Positions 29,208-39,563 of a stretch of 64,000 bases of DNA are shown here, in pieces. Position 1 is the stretch's first letter. Each line of letters opens with the position of its first letter. Position numbers and translations under genes: made by a program. The notes under the pieces were generated by a model that did no database searches, was not told the origin of the DNA, and worked only from the letters and a program-made list of their open reading frames with translations. Source of the stretch: Anaerohalosphaeraceae bacterium (lineage in GTDB: Bacteria; Planctomycetota; Phycisphaerae; Sedimentisphaerales; Anaerohalosphaeraceae); contig CAXXSL010000013.1 in the NCBI GenBank assembly GCA_963675525.2, forward strand, positions 608,001-672,000, given 5' to 3'.

Positions 29208-29357
29208 TTAAATCAGTTGTTTTGGGAAATTGATCGGAAAGCTAAAAACGAGAAAAAGAGGTACATCGCCGGGGTAAGACTCGGCAGGTGTCGTTCGTTG
29301 CAGGTCGTCAAAGGCCTCTCGTGGCCTAATCACCTGATCCAGTTTGGATCGCCTCAT
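29208..29357 (-). CDS. Unannotated 49-aa small protein candidate
   Basis: MRRSKLDQVIRPREAFDDLQRTTPAESYPGDVPLFLVFSFPINFPKQLI. GGAGG 6 nt upstream, TGG-TATAAT at 29410-29402, terminator downstream. Confidence 0.45.
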   Translation of the reverse strand: MRRSKLDQVIRPREAFDDLQRTTPAESYPGDVPLFLVFSFPINFPKQLI

Positions 29358-29533
29358 ACATTTCCTCCAATGGAAACTTTCATCCACTCTCTCTATCGTC
29401 TATTATACCACAAAACCTAAAGTGAAATCCATTAAAATCTCATTAAAACCACTACATCTTGCGTTTTTTGTATCAGCTTGTAAATTAGTTTTATCTTGTT
29501 TACTGTCGCCTATTAGTAGATTACAATAAAAGA

Positions 29534-30085
29534 ATGAAAAAGAAAACTTTTATAAGTTCCGTTGTCTTCATCCTTTTCTTCTGCATCATTTTTTATGCGT
29601 GCAGAAAGTTTTATCTCGATTTTGTGCATACCTGCAAAATAGGCGAAAACATTCAAACTGTTCAAGATCTGCCTCTTTGGCTTCAGGATATTCCTTCAAG
29701 TGCTACAAATATTTCTTACGTTGCAATACCCAGTGAACGCACAATTCACAAAAAGAATGTTTCAAACTTCGAACTGTCATTGTTGAGTGTAACTTGTGAA
29801 TTTAATGTTTCTGAAAAAAGTTTCTTGGAGTGGACAAAAAGTAAGGGAATTCCTTTGCAGAAAGTCAATGGCTCTGTAACTATCTACAGATATCAACAAA
29901 ACCTTATCCTGCCGCCTGAAGGTGACGATCCAGATAAACAACGAGAGTATGAATCTCAAATAGAAGCTACTGTGCATAAGGGATATGAATACAGCCATGT
30001 ACTGGAAGACGGTGACAATTGGAACATTGTCTATGATTCCGAAAACCAAAAAGCCTATATTCACCTCGTTAATAGCTTGATATAG
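29534..30085 (+). CDS. Hypothetical protein with N-terminal membrane anchor
   Basis: 183-aa AT-rich ORF with hydrophobic N-terminus. Confidence 0.55.
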   Translation: MKKKTFISSVVFILFFCIIFYACRKFYLDFVHTCKIGENIQTVQDLPLWLQDIPSSATNISYVAIPSERTIHKKNVSNFELSLLSVTCEFNVSEKSFLEWTKSKGIPLQKVNGSVTIYRYQQNLILPPEGDDPDKQREYESQIEATVHKGYEYSHVLEDGDNWNIVYDSENQKAYIHLVNSLI

Positions 30086-30153
30086 AAGCTCTACCCCTAT
30101 CCACACAATCACGGGAATGGCATCCGGCGATATATATATTCAAGTCTCTATAA

Positions 30154-32688
30154 TTACGGCCAGAGCCAATATTCTGCAAATTCGGCAAAGTCCAGATGAT
30201 TGACAATGTCATCAGTGGCAACCAGATTCGCCCTGCCGCAATCTTCCGGATTCACGCAGCCGGTAACCAGATAATTGGCACAGAACTGGGCCAGGTCAAC
30301 GAGGTCGACATCAAAATCCAGATCCAGATCGGCCGGCACCGTTGTCGGGGTCAGGGCGATCTGTAACTGCTCCATCTGTTCCGGCGGACATTTTCCGTTG
30401 GCATCCCACAGGTCATACATCGTCTGACCGGCGGAGTTGGTTGTATTTTCATCCCGCAGGAATTCGACAAATTCCTTACTGGTACTCTGATAGTATAACG
30501 TCACTTGAGCAGAGGTCGCACCGACCGGCACCGAGTAAAGTGTATCATCCCAGTACTGGCCCGATGCATAGCTGTAACCGACCGGCAAACCGCCAAAGTT
30601 CGCAAACGTGTTGGGATCATACCCTCGAGGCGGAATGCGGTTGTCCAAAGCAACAGTGCTGTTGAGTACAAAGTGGAAGGATGGGCCTTCCGGAATACCC
30701 GTGATACCGGAAACCGTACTGTCGATCGCCGGCTCGACGTGGTAGATCTTGGCATCCTCATCATGTGAAAGAACACCTGTATTCGAATCATAAGCACCGG
30801 ATTCGGCGATCAGATTCATCGACGCGTCATAAAATTTCACATTCAGCCAGATGCGCCGCCCTTCCGGATACCCGGTCGGCAGTTTATGTCCGGTATCGTT
30901 GGTGACGGTGACTTTTAATTCCTCGCCCTCCTGCGAAGCCGTCAGTACGGCGGCATTCTGCAGCATATACCGTGAACGGTCAATGCCTGCATTCAATGCC
31001 GTCGCGTTAACCTGTCCCGGATGTGTCTGCATCAGTACGGTCGGCATCCATGTACTGCCGCCGGTCATATCATGCAGGGGCAGATCGTCCCTTGCGGGCG
31101 GATCCATATTACAGCCCTGGCCTGTTACATCCCGCATATGGCAATCCTGACAGGTTGAAACAAATACCTTGTTGCCGCCAAACTGGGGTGCATAGACACC
31201 GCCCGGCGTATTGTAATTGCTGTGCAGCCATTCACTGTACGTTCGTTCGACCGGCAACAAAGTATTTGGAGAAAAATCGGTCGCGGTCGTATTCAGTGCA
31301 TTCGGTGCATAGCCGCCATTGCCGTCTTTTTCGAAGGCCGGGTTACTAACATCGTGGCAGGTTCCGCACAGGGCCGCTTCGCGGTGGAACGGAGAAACCA
31401 GTATGGGATGTCCACTGGTGGCATCGACGAAGGGACCACGTCGAGCACCCGTCGGATCGATAGTGTACATTCCGTTTCCAAATTCAAACGTCGGGAAGGA
31501 CAGAACTGATAGAATATCGAAATCCTGAATGGGGCTGACGGCGGGTTCATAGATCGGGTCGAGCAAACGGTGACACAGGTCGCACGATACACCCGCTTCA
31601 TCAGAAAGCAGCATCGCACTGCCGTCGGTCGGCACTGAACGGCCCTGCAGCCACCCGCGGGGCAGGTGGCACCGCAGGCACAGGTCACCGGAATCGGGCG
31701 CGTCCTGATTGGCAATCGCCATATTAGCTATAAAAATCGGATCGATCGAGGCCTGAGCCATCATGCTCCCCTGCCAGTTTGTATAAGGCTCAACGGTAGG
31801 GTCGTATCCGGCATGACACACCGCACAGGCGGTCGGACTGTTGAGTATGCCCGACTCGAACGGCTGGGAACCCGGCTGGTCAAAATCCCGAAGCGTCGTC
31901 GGAACAAGCCCTCCCGGCGGAGAGGCAATCGTAAATATTGCATCGCTGTCGTCAAAGCCTGTATTGAACGCATTATCGGTTGCTTCAATACGCAGGATCG
32001 CTTCTGTGGAGGGTCGATTCGCGGGGAACCAGGTATAACTGCCGCTGTTGGGTAAACTCTTGGCGACAAAGCTAAAAGTCGCTCCATTGTCCAGCGACAG
32101 ATAAATGCTTATCGAAGCGATACCACTGCCGGCGTCACCGGCGATCCATTCGACCGTTGTCGCCTGGTTGGCGATAACAGTTTCGCCTCCGTCCGGTGTG
32201 AGAACCGTGACATCCGGAGGGGTCGTATCGTCGCCGGTACTGGGTCTCAGATGGGTTTGGATTTCTGTGATGTCCACACTTGTCACACTGCCTAAATTGG
32301 TGGCTGTAAGGCCGGGGAAGGTGGGTGTATTGCTGTAAGTCGTCGTATCCGTCACCTCTACAAGCGTACTAAAACCGTCACCATCGGGATCTTCATTTTC
32401 GATAGATTGCACAGCCTGTCTTTTTCCTTTCGGATTGCTGGCAAAATTCGGCAACACGGCTTCGAGGCGAGCCCCATAGGGATTGCGTGTTCCGCCGCCG
32501 GTAAATTCGTAATGACACACCCCGCAGTGATTGGGCTGGCTTGGCACTGTTTCAATCGTCGTGCCAACCGCATCCGGATACACCGTGAAAAACGCATCAC
32601 GAATATTAGCTCTGGCGTAAATGGTACCGGCGAGACAGGCAACGAACAAAACCGTTGCTCCTGCATAAGAAGAATGCTTACGTAACAT
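30154..32688 (-). CDS. Secreted multiheme c-type cytochrome (6 CXXCH) with Ig-like domain and dockerin-like C-terminus
   Basis: CGVCH, CAVCH, CLRCH, CDLCH, CGTCH, CQDCH; WQGSMMAQA; GHKLPTG. Start at 32688 follows GGAGG. Confidence 0.85.
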   Translation of the reverse strand: MLRKHSSYAGATVLFVACLAGTIYARANIRDAFFTVYPDAVGTTIETVPSQPNHCGVCHYEFTGGGTRNPYGARLEAVLPNFASNPKGKRQAVQSIENEDPDGDGFSTLVEVTDTTTYSNTPTFPGLTATNLGSVTSVDITEIQTHLRPSTGDDTTPPDVTVLTPDGGETVIANQATTVEWIAGDAGSGIASISIYLSLDNGATFSFVAKSLPNSGSYTWFPANRPSTEAILRIEATDNAFNTGFDDSDAIFTIASPPGGLVPTTLRDFDQPGSQPFESGILNSPTACAVCHAGYDPTVEPYTNWQGSMMAQASIDPIFIANMAIANQDAPDSGDLCLRCHLPRGWLQGRSVPTDGSAMLLSDEAGVSCDLCHRLLDPIYEPAVSPIQDFDILSVLSFPTFEFGNGMYTIDPTGARRGPFVDATSGHPILVSPFHREAALCGTCHDVSNPAFEKDGNGGYAPNALNTTATDFSPNTLLPVERTYSEWLHSNYNTPGGVYAPQFGGNKVFVSTCQDCHMRDVTGQGCNMDPPARDDLPLHDMTGGSTWMPTVLMQTHPGQVNATALNAGIDRSRYMLQNAAVLTASQEGEELKVTVTNDTGHKLPTGYPEGRRIWLNVKFYDASMNLIAESGAYDSNTGVLSHDEDAKIYHVEPAIDSTVSGITGIPEGPSFHFVLNSTVALDNRIPPRGYDPNTFANFGGLPVGYSYASGQYWDDTLYSVPVGATSAQVTLYYQSTSKEFVEFLRDENTTNSAGQTMYDLWDANGKCPPEQMEQLQIALTPTTVPADLDLDFDVDLVDLAQFCANYLVTGCVNPEDCGRANLVATDDIVNHLDFAEFAEYWLWP

Positions 32689-32930
32689 AATATGTACCCT
32701 CCGTAATTTCCTCATTTAGACAGCAATATTATAACAAATAAAAACTTCATCAAAAACTAAATAATTAGTAAATATACGGATTCCATATCCTACTTAAGAC
32801 CATAAGTACTGGGACATTGATCGGGGCAAATACTATAAGCTTATGGTTCCCATGAATTTATGGCGCTTGCAATAATAGCTTTTGCCGATTATAATGATAA
32901 TGAATTCTTCGAACAGTCAATTATTGTTGA

Positions 32931-33359
32931 ATGGGAGTCAATACGATGGCAACAAATCAGTCGAATTCAAATTCACAAACACTGGACCTTATTTCGATCT
33001 TTCACTATGTACTGGCGGCGATGATGTATCTTAAAGGCGCAATAGCGTTCGTCCTTATGGGCATCGGCAGTATTGCCGTCATGGGCGTTCTGGCCGACCA
33101 GCCGAATGATATGGTTCCGGCGCTGATCGTGCTGGGATTGATCTTCTTCATGGCACCGATGATGTTTTTAACGGTGTCCTGGACCGCAGCAACGCTGGTG
33201 CTCTTTGCGGGCAGACGTATCACCAAACGCACTAATCTGAATTACTGCCAGATCGTCGCGGGACTGGAATGCCTGTGCGTACCCTTCGGCACAGCCCTCG
33301 GCATTTTCACGCTCATCAATCTGACGAAGCCCGACGTGAAAGAGAGCTTCGGTAAATAA
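32931..33359 (+). CDS. Hypothetical membrane protein
   Basis: Several TM segments; PFGTALGIFTLINL..PDVK motif. Confidence 0.65.
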   Translation: MGVNTMATNQSNSNSQTLDLISIFHYVLAAMMYLKGAIAFVLMGIGSIAVMGVLADQPNDMVPALIVLGLIFFMAPMMFLTVSWTAATLVLFAGRRITKRTNLNYCQIVAGLECLCVPFGTALGIFTLINLTKPDVKESFGK

Positions 33360-33370
33360 GAGATGCTGTA

Positions 33371-33835
33371 TCAAAATCCGGGGTTTTGTTTGTTGCCGAT
33401 GGAAATATGGTCGCGTGCCTGCAATATTTTCTCTTTAATCTGCTCCGGGTCCACCAGTCCGTACAGACAGGCCTCTGCCTGTTGCTGACCGGAACCGGCG
33501 GTCTGAATATCCAGCCGCCATATGCCGAAGAAACGCAGCAGCGGTCCCTGGGCCAAGACGATATCCGTAATGCGGTCCAGCGGGATCGACTTGCGTTTGA
33601 CAAAGAAAACGCCTTGGTGGACGAACAAATGTGACTCACGAAGTTGATAATCCAATACAGCAGCCTGCTTGCGGCTCAGCCACGGACCGAACGTCCACGC
33701 ATAGACAAGAGCTGCCAGTGCTCCAAAGCCGAAAATAAAAACGCCGATAAGTGCCGTCATCAGAATCCCAGACCAATAGAAATACCGCGCGATCTGCGGC
33801 CGCTGAATCTCGAATATCTCAACCGTCTCTGCCAT
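33371..33835 (-). CDS. Bacterial PH-domain (bPH_2) membrane protein
   Basis: Two TMs, then GVFFVKRKSIPLDRITDI..QGPLLRFFGI..LDIQTAG. Confidence 0.8.
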   Translation of the reverse strand: MAETVEIFEIQRPQIARYFYWSGILMTALIGVFIFGFGALAALVYAWTFGPWLSRKQAAVLDYQLRESHLFVHQGVFFVKRKSIPLDRITDIVLAQGPLLRFFGIWRLDIQTAGSGQQQAEACLYGLVDPEQIKEKILQARDHISIGNKQNPGF

Positions 33836-33985
33836 GTTTCATTCTCCTGAATAAAGTGTCCCCTTTTGCTCTTATAGACGCCAACTGCCCGAAAACGTTG
33901 CAGATAATCTTACTCTTTTGGGCTGCAGCAATAAAGATATTTTTCTCCCACTTTCGTGGTCAATCGTTTATAATCCAACAAAATA

Positions 33986-36097
33986 ATGCAAAAAACAGGT
34001 TTACAACAATTTGGCACAGGGCTGGTATTTGCGGTGACGATCTTTTTGGGGGCGTTTCTGCTGTTCCAGGTTCAGCCGCTGATCGGGCGGTTCTTACTAC
34101 CGTGGTTCGGCGGCACGCCGGAGGTCTGGACGACGTGCATGCTGTTCTTCCAGATATTCCTGCTGGGCGGGTACCTGTATGCCCACGGGCTGGCCAGAAT
34201 TAAGCGGATACGGATACAGGCGGCTGTACACATCGGGCTATTGGTGCTGGCGCTGTTCTTTTTGCCGATCATCCCCAGCGATACATTCAAGCCGACGAAC
34301 GGCGCTTATCCCATCCTGCAGATACTGCTGGTCTGCACGGTGACAGTGGGCCTGCCGTATTTTCTGCTGTCGGCCACTTCGCCGCTGGTCCAGGCATGGT
34401 TCAGCATCGCTTTTCCGAACCGCAATCCGTATCGACTGTATGCGTTGTCGAATACCGGTTCTCTTTTGGCACTGGCCACGTTTCCGTTCGTGTTCGAGCC
34501 GCTGATGACCCGCCGCGGCATGGCGGTTTTGTGGTCGGCCGTTTTTGCGGTCTTTGCCGTGTTGTGCGCCGTGTCGGTGCTTTTGAGCCGGAAGCACAGC
34601 GGGCAATTGCAAACAAACGGCCAGACGCCCCTGACTCAACCGGATACAACAAAACCGCCGCGAATACATGTCTGGCTGTGGCTGGGCCTGTCGGGCGGCG
34701 CTGTTGTTGAACTCTTGGCCGTAACAAATAAAATTACACAGGACATCGCCGTCATTCCGTTTTTGTGGATTCTGCCGCTGAGTTTGTACCTATTGTCTTT
34801 TATCATCTGTTTCGAGCATCAGCGGTGGTACAAGCGATGGCTGTTTGTGCCGCTGTTTATTCTCGGGATAATCGGGGTCATCCTGTCCCGCAAATACGAA
34901 GAGAACATGACGAATGCGCATGGACTGATCGGGATTTATGCGTTCATGCTGTTTGCCTGCTGCATCGTCTGCCATGGCGAACTGTACCGACTGCGGCCGT
35001 CTCCGACGCATCTGACAGGATACTACCTGGTCATTTCCGCCGGCGGTGCAATGGGCGGTTTTTTCGTGGCAGTGGTTGCCCCGTTGATCTTCAAGACCTA
35101 TATCGAGCTATACCTGGGACTGCTGGCGGTTGCGTTTTTTTTACTGCTGGCCGAAGAACAAGGCAGCGGGCTACCGGCGTTCTCGTTGCGACGGCGGCGG
35201 ATACTGGCGCTCCTGTTGTTTGCGGCCGGGATAATTGGGATCGTGTTTATGGGCAAACGAAGCACCGAACACCAGCGGGCAATCGCCAACAGCCGGAATT
35301 TTTTCGGGGTTTTAACGGTGTGGGAAGAGGACTGGGATGAACCGGCCGAACATATGCTGCTGATGCAGCACGGCACGACATTTCACGGTTTGCAGTTTAT
35401 TGCCCCGGAACTAAAGCGCATCCCGACTTCGTACTACAGCACCAACAGCGGTATTGGGATCGTCATGGAGAACTGGCCCGAGCAGGATAATCGGCGGATC
35501 GGCATCATCGGGCTGGGCGTCGGAACGATTGCCATCTACGGCAACGAACACGATTTGATTCGTTTTTACGAGATCAACCCCGACGTCGAACGTTTAGCGA
35601 GAAAACATTTTACCTACCTGGCCGACAGCAAAGCAACGATCGATATCGCCCTGGGCGACGGGCGGCTGGTCATGGAAAACGAACCGCCGCAGCAGTATGA
35701 TGTGCTGGTATTGGATGCCTTCAGCAGCGATGCGGTCCCGCTGCACCTGTTAACAACCGAAGCGATGGAGATTTATCTTAAGCACCTGGCCCCCGATGGC
35801 GTGCTGGCATTTCATATTTCCACCATTCATCTGGATCTGCAATCGATCGTGTGGAAACTGGCGGAGCATTTTCAGTTGCAAACCGCCTGGATCGAAAGTT
35901 TTGAAGACGAAACCCCCGGGGCATTGGCCTCAGACTGGATTTTACTGGCACGTGATGACAACTTTCTGGGCATGGATGTGATTGAAAAAATCAAATCCCG
36001 CCAACGTACCGAACTGGAAACAGTTCCCCTCTGGACCGACGACCATATTAACCTGTTCAAAATCCTCAAGAAAAACGCCTTCGCCTCGCGGCCTTGA
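33986..36097 (+). CDS. Integral membrane protein fused to a spermidine-synthase-like SAM-binding domain
   Basis: LLFQVQPLIG..LLPWFGG, many TMs, IGLGVGT, YEINP, GDGR, LDAFSSDAVPLHLLT, WTDD. Confidence 0.85.
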   Translation: MQKTGLQQFGTGLVFAVTIFLGAFLLFQVQPLIGRFLLPWFGGTPEVWTTCMLFFQIFLLGGYLYAHGLARIKRIRIQAAVHIGLLVLALFFLPIIPSDTFKPTNGAYPILQILLVCTVTVGLPYFLLSATSPLVQAWFSIAFPNRNPYRLYALSNTGSLLALATFPFVFEPLMTRRGMAVLWSAVFAVFAVLCAVSVLLSRKHSGQLQTNGQTPLTQPDTTKPPRIHVWLWLGLSGGAVVELLAVTNKITQDIAVIPFLWILPLSLYLLSFIICFEHQRWYKRWLFVPLFILGIIGVILSRKYEENMTNAHGLIGIYAFMLFACCIVCHGELYRLRPSPTHLTGYYLVISAGGAMGGFFVAVVAPLIFKTYIELYLGLLAVAFFLLLAEEQGSGLPAFSLRRRRILALLLFAAGIIGIVFMGKRSTEHQRAIANSRNFFGVLTVWEEDWDEPAEHMLLMQHGTTFHGLQFIAPELKRIPTSYYSTNSGIGIVMENWPEQDNRRIGIIGLGVGTIAIYGNEHDLIRFYEINPDVERLARKHFTYLADSKATIDIALGDGRLVMENEPPQQYDVLVLDAFSSDAVPLHLLTTEAMEIYLKHLAPDGVLAFHISTIHLDLQSIVWKLAEHFQLQTAWIESFEDETPGALASDWILLARDDNFLGMDVIEKIKSRQRTELETVPLWTDDHINLFKILKKNAFASRP

Positions 36098-36104
36098 CGG
36101 AACA

Positions 36105-36149
36105 TCATTCCCCTTCCATTTCCTGCTGGATTTCGGTCAGGAGATTGAT
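36105..36149 (-). repeat. mutS 3'-end copy R4
   Basis: Reads INLLTEIQQEMEGE* on the minus strand; mutS ends INLLAEIQEEMEG*. Confidence 0.9.
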
Positions 36150-37198
36150 TACTTCTGCGTTTTCTTTTTAACGACACCAAAAACTGAGTTCGGGTCAACA
36201 AAAACTGTATCTTTCCCATGAACAAAACGAGCCGCATCACGATCCGGCGGCATGTTTCCGGCCGGACGCGAGCCGGAGTATACGCAATGCAGCCACAGTT
36301 TATCCCATTCCTGAAACATTTCTCCCTGATGCAATTTTGTGGGTTCATAATTCGGATCTTTGACGCCCAGCGGCAACCATTTTTCATTATCAAATGCATG
36401 GGCCATTCCCAAAGCATGCGCGATTTCATGACGCCACACCTTAGGGGCACGCCGGTAATTGACTCGGACTTTTGCGTTATCAATCCACCACCACGACCGA
36501 TGCCAATGTGTTTTGCCTCCTCCTTCGTCATCAGGAGCGCAAAGAATGTAACCTGCAGCCGACTCTTTCCCCGTCCAACGAGGGTCATCGTTCGGACGAC
36601 CTTTAAATAATTCCACCTGTGGATCTTTGAAAAACGGGCTGATTTCCGGCAGCTCTTTTCGGATGATTTGGAACAGATACTGCCTGTCATTGGGAGCAAA
36701 TTCTATCGGCGGATTCGAATCCAAGACATGAGAGTAGATCACCCACTTCGGTGGTTTCTGCCAACGCATGATTCGCTCCGGATTGCCCGCCGAGGCCCAG
36801 AACATGGCATTGTTAAAGTCCGACAGTTTGACCGTGACATCGAGGGACGTGTGATCCCCATGGGCAAGCATAAGACTGCGTGTAATAATCGAATCGCCCG
36901 TAATCACCATCCGGCTCTCGCCCGGGGCAAGGCCGACGATCGAATAATGCCCTTCAGCATTGGTCACACATGATTGCCCGGCAATGGAGACGGTCACACC
37001 GACAACCGGCTGCCGGGTGACAATGTCAGTGATGAGTCCATCGAGAATTGTTTCAACTTGCTTTTGGCTTTGCGACGGTTCGGCAGGACCCTCAGCATAA
37101 GCAATGAACTGCCCCGGATAACAAAATATCAGACAGGTGATGCTTAACCGTATGATAAAGCTAAACTCCCGCGGATTGTTGCCCTTCGATTTTTTCAT
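36149..37198 (-). CDS. Secreted protein with carboxypeptidase-regulatory-like domain and HEXXHXXGXXH zinc metallopeptidase motif
   Basis: G.ITD..TRQPVVGVTV....TNAEGHYSI; HEIAHALGMAH. ATG 37198 lies 8 nt after a -10 box. Confidence 0.7.
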   Translation of the reverse strand: MKKSKGNNPREFSFIIRLSITCLIFCYPGQFIAYAEGPAEPSQSQKQVETILDGLITDIVTRQPVVGVTVSIAGQSCVTNAEGHYSIVGLAPGESRMVITGDSIITRSLMLAHGDHTSLDVTVKLSDFNNAMFWASAGNPERIMRWQKPPKWVIYSHVLDSNPPIEFAPNDRQYLFQIIRKELPEISPFFKDPQVELFKGRPNDDPRWTGKESAAGYILCAPDDEGGGKTHWHRSWWWIDNAKVRVNYRRAPKVWRHEIAHALGMAHAFDNEKWLPLGVKDPNYEPTKLHQGEMFQEWDKLWLHCVYSGSRPAGNMPPDRDAARFVHGKDTVFVDPNSVFGVVKKKTQK

Positions 37199-37206
37199 CA
37201 ATGGAG

Positions 37207-37235
37207 AGTATACCATTGAAATCGCTGCTTGACAA
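37207..37235 (-). promoter_or_regulatory. Sigma70-type promoter within the cassette array
   Basis: TTGTCA-N17-TATACT directly after repeat R3. Confidence 0.6.
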
Positions 37236-37244
37236 GAATCTAAG

Positions 37245-37280
37245 TTATCTTTCCATCTCTTGCTGGATTTCGGCGAGGAG
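37245..37280 (-). repeat. mutS 3'-end copy R3
   Basis: Reads LLAEIQQEMER*; 28/36 nt identical to the mutS end by manual count. Confidence 0.85.
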
Positions 37281-37311
37281 ATAAGAAACTGAAGATTCCA
37301 GGATTCTTAAA

Positions 37312-38820
37312 TTACTCATCGAGCTGTCCGGACCGCCGAATTAAAAAGGCCATGACACCCATTGAGGCACTCAATGTGACAAGCGCCAATACACCACTGA
37401 GCAGAAGAAGCCAGCCGGCATCCGGCGCATAGAGCAGAAGACAAGAAAACGGGGCGTCATGCATCAGCGGCACAATCCAAAGCATCCCTACAGCAATACC
37501 GACATTGAGAACGAAAGACAGAACCCCTCGAATGACGATGATCCACCGTTTATTTGCGGGATGAGAACCGAGGTGTTTTCGCCGCCGGATGATCCGGCGG
37601 ATAACAAAAATAAACACGATGATCTGACAAAACAAAAGACCGCAAATCAACATCAGGTCTTTATGCATTGAAGGTGCTTTCCCGATCGGCGGAGCTTCAT
37701 TGCCAAGTACTAAATTTCGCATGTTCCAGCAAAGATTGCCGATGGGTGGACCGGACAACCAGTTTTCCGCATTAATGAGTAAAGCAAACGCTCTGTGATA
37801 TTCCGGAAAGATTGCCATATCAGTATGGTAGTTCGGGGTCGATCCATTATGGGCAATCACACGTGTATACTGATGATTTCCAACCCACCATCCCATGGCA
37901 TAACTCCGACCCTTTTCCGGGGTGTGCATTTGGGAAATGCCGCTTTCTGAGAGAATGCGACTGTCTCCCAGTAGGCCGCCATTGGCCATAGCCCCAAGAT
38001 AGTTGCCCATATCATTTGCACAGGAGATTAAAAAACCGGCAGGCTTGTCCCCTCTTGGATAAGGGATATTCGTCGAAGGCAGCGGTTTTCCAAACCAATA
38101 GCGATATCCTGTTGCCAAACCATGTTGTCTTGCCACATTCTTAGATGTGTAGCTGTTTGACATGCTCAGTGGATCGAAGATATGTTCCTGGATATAGTCT
38201 TCATAGCGTTGTCCGGAGACTGCTTCGATGATCCCTCCCAGGACACAATAGTTGGCATTGCTGTAAAAAGTTCCCTGACCAACGGAGTGTGTCAACTTAA
38301 CATTACGAAGCGCCTTGATGCGACGCTCAATCGCTTGATTGGAGGTATCTCGACTCGCGCAATGAGTGCGTCCCTGGTACGTTGAAAATCCACTGGTATG
38401 GTTTAAAAGGTGCCGGACCTTCATTTGGCTGGACGCTTCGGGGTCGGCAACACGAAACCATGGAAGATATTCTTGAACAGGCGCATCCAGATCGATTTGC
38501 CCGGCCTCGACAAGCTGCATAATAGCAAGTGCTGTAAAGGACTTGGAGACCGAACCAATAACAAACCCCGTCTCAGCTGTTACAGGTCGACCGTCGGGCC
38601 CCGCAACGCCAAAGCCTCGCATGTGAGTAATTTGGCCTCCTTCTACAATCACCAAAGCCGCCCCGGGAATATTGGCTTCTTTGAGCTGTGTCTCAATATA
38701 GGTGTCGATTCTGTGAAAATCAGCTTCCGACAACGGAGCCGGAACTTCCGCTTCGGCTGTCATTAGCAATGAAAGTATCGATGCAACAACAAATCCATAG
38801 AGTGTATTATTCAACGTCAT
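37312..38820 (-). CDS. Serine hydrolase (beta-lactamase-related/AmpC-like family) with C-terminal TM helices
   Basis: SxxK (GSVSK), LLNHTSG, YSN, HNG; signal peptide; three C-terminal TMs. Confidence 0.85.
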   Translation of the reverse strand: MTLNNTLYGFVVASILSLLMTAEAEVPAPLSEADFHRIDTYIETQLKEANIPGAALVIVEGGQITHMRGFGVAGPDGRPVTAETGFVIGSVSKSFTALAIMQLVEAGQIDLDAPVQEYLPWFRVADPEASSQMKVRHLLNHTSGFSTYQGRTHCASRDTSNQAIERRIKALRNVKLTHSVGQGTFYSNANYCVLGGIIEAVSGQRYEDYIQEHIFDPLSMSNSYTSKNVARQHGLATGYRYWFGKPLPSTNIPYPRGDKPAGFLISCANDMGNYLGAMANGGLLGDSRILSESGISQMHTPEKGRSYAMGWWVGNHQYTRVIAHNGSTPNYHTDMAIFPEYHRAFALLINAENWLSGPPIGNLCWNMRNLVLGNEAPPIGKAPSMHKDLMLICGLLFCQIIVFIFVIRRIIRRRKHLGSHPANKRWIIVIRGVLSFVLNVGIAVGMLWIVPLMHDAPFSCLLLYAPDAGWLLLLSGVLALVTLSASMGVMAFLIRRSGQLDE

Positions 38821-38862
38821 CGCTTAGCTTCTCCTTTGTCCGTCCTTATTAACCGACTACCG

Positions 38863-38916
38863 CTACCCCTCCGTTTCCTGCTGGATTTCGGCCAGGAGGT
38901 TGATGGCTTCGATGGG
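38863..38916 (-). repeat. mutS 3'-end copy R2
   Basis: Reads PIEAINLLAEIQQETEG*; 46/54 nt identical to the mutS end by manual count. Confidence 0.95.
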
Positions 38917-38917
38917 C

Positions 38918-39256
38918 TTATTCGTTAAGCAGGGATTTCAGCTTCTCTGTTAACAGAGGGAGGTCTTTTTGCAGAATACCCCAGACGGTTTCGTGTTCGA
39001 TGGCATAGTAACCATGCACCAGGATATTGCGGAAATCGATGATTTGGCGGGCATGGGGGATTTGTGATTCGATGTCCGGTTCGATACGAAGCACTTGATT
39101 CAGGGCTTCTCCGATAATCATCAGTTTGCGTTCTACGGCTGAACGCAGCAATTCACTCTGCAAGTAATCGTCAAGGCTTTTGCCTTCCAGAAACGCCGTC
39201 AGTGACAGACAGGCCTGCTGCATATCATACAGGAATTTTTTGATCTCAGGCCGCAT
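38918..39256 (-). CDS. HepT-like (DUF86) HEPN ribonuclease toxin
   Basis: AVERKLMIIGEA and RNILVHGY (Rx4H) motif. Confidence 0.88.
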   Translation of the reverse strand: MRPEIKKFLYDMQQACLSLTAFLEGKSLDDYLQSELLRSAVERKLMIIGEALNQVLRIEPDIESQIPHARQIIDFRNILVHGYYAIEHETVWGILQKDLPLLTEKLKSLLNE

Positions 39257-39554
39257 AAAGCTCTACCCTGTGCTGGTTGATGGATTCGAGCAGATAAGGA
39301 TTATCAATCGCTTTGACTTCAAGCAGGTCAACCGACCGGGCGAAAAGCTCTTTGAGGGCATTCAGCAGGCCGAAATAAGCATCCGTGTGTTCGGTTGGAC
39401 TCATCGGCAGAAACTCGACCAGAAAATCCAGGTCGCTCGTTTCGCCAAAGTCCGTATCCTGTGCCGCAGAGCCGAATACCTCAAATGTCTTGACCCCGAA
39501 CCGGCCACATAAAGCCTTTAACTCATTCTGTTTGTCATCGATCAGCTTCACCAT
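39246..39554 (-). CDS. Minimal nucleotidyltransferase (MNT) antitoxin
   Basis: VFGSA...SDLDFLVEF, VDL; overlaps the HEPN gene. Confidence 0.88.
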   Translation of the reverse strand: MVKLIDDKQNELKALCGRFGVKTFEVFGSAAQDTDFGETSDLDFLVEFLPMSPTEHTDAYFGLLNALKELFARSVDLLEVKAIDNPYLLESINQHRVELYAA

Positions 39555-39563
39555 AATAACCGG

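Noticed and set aside
29185..29340. c-di-GMP riboswitch suggested by GGCGCAAAGC
   Set aside because: The upstream GGCAAAC/GAAA stem and the rest of the motif are absent.
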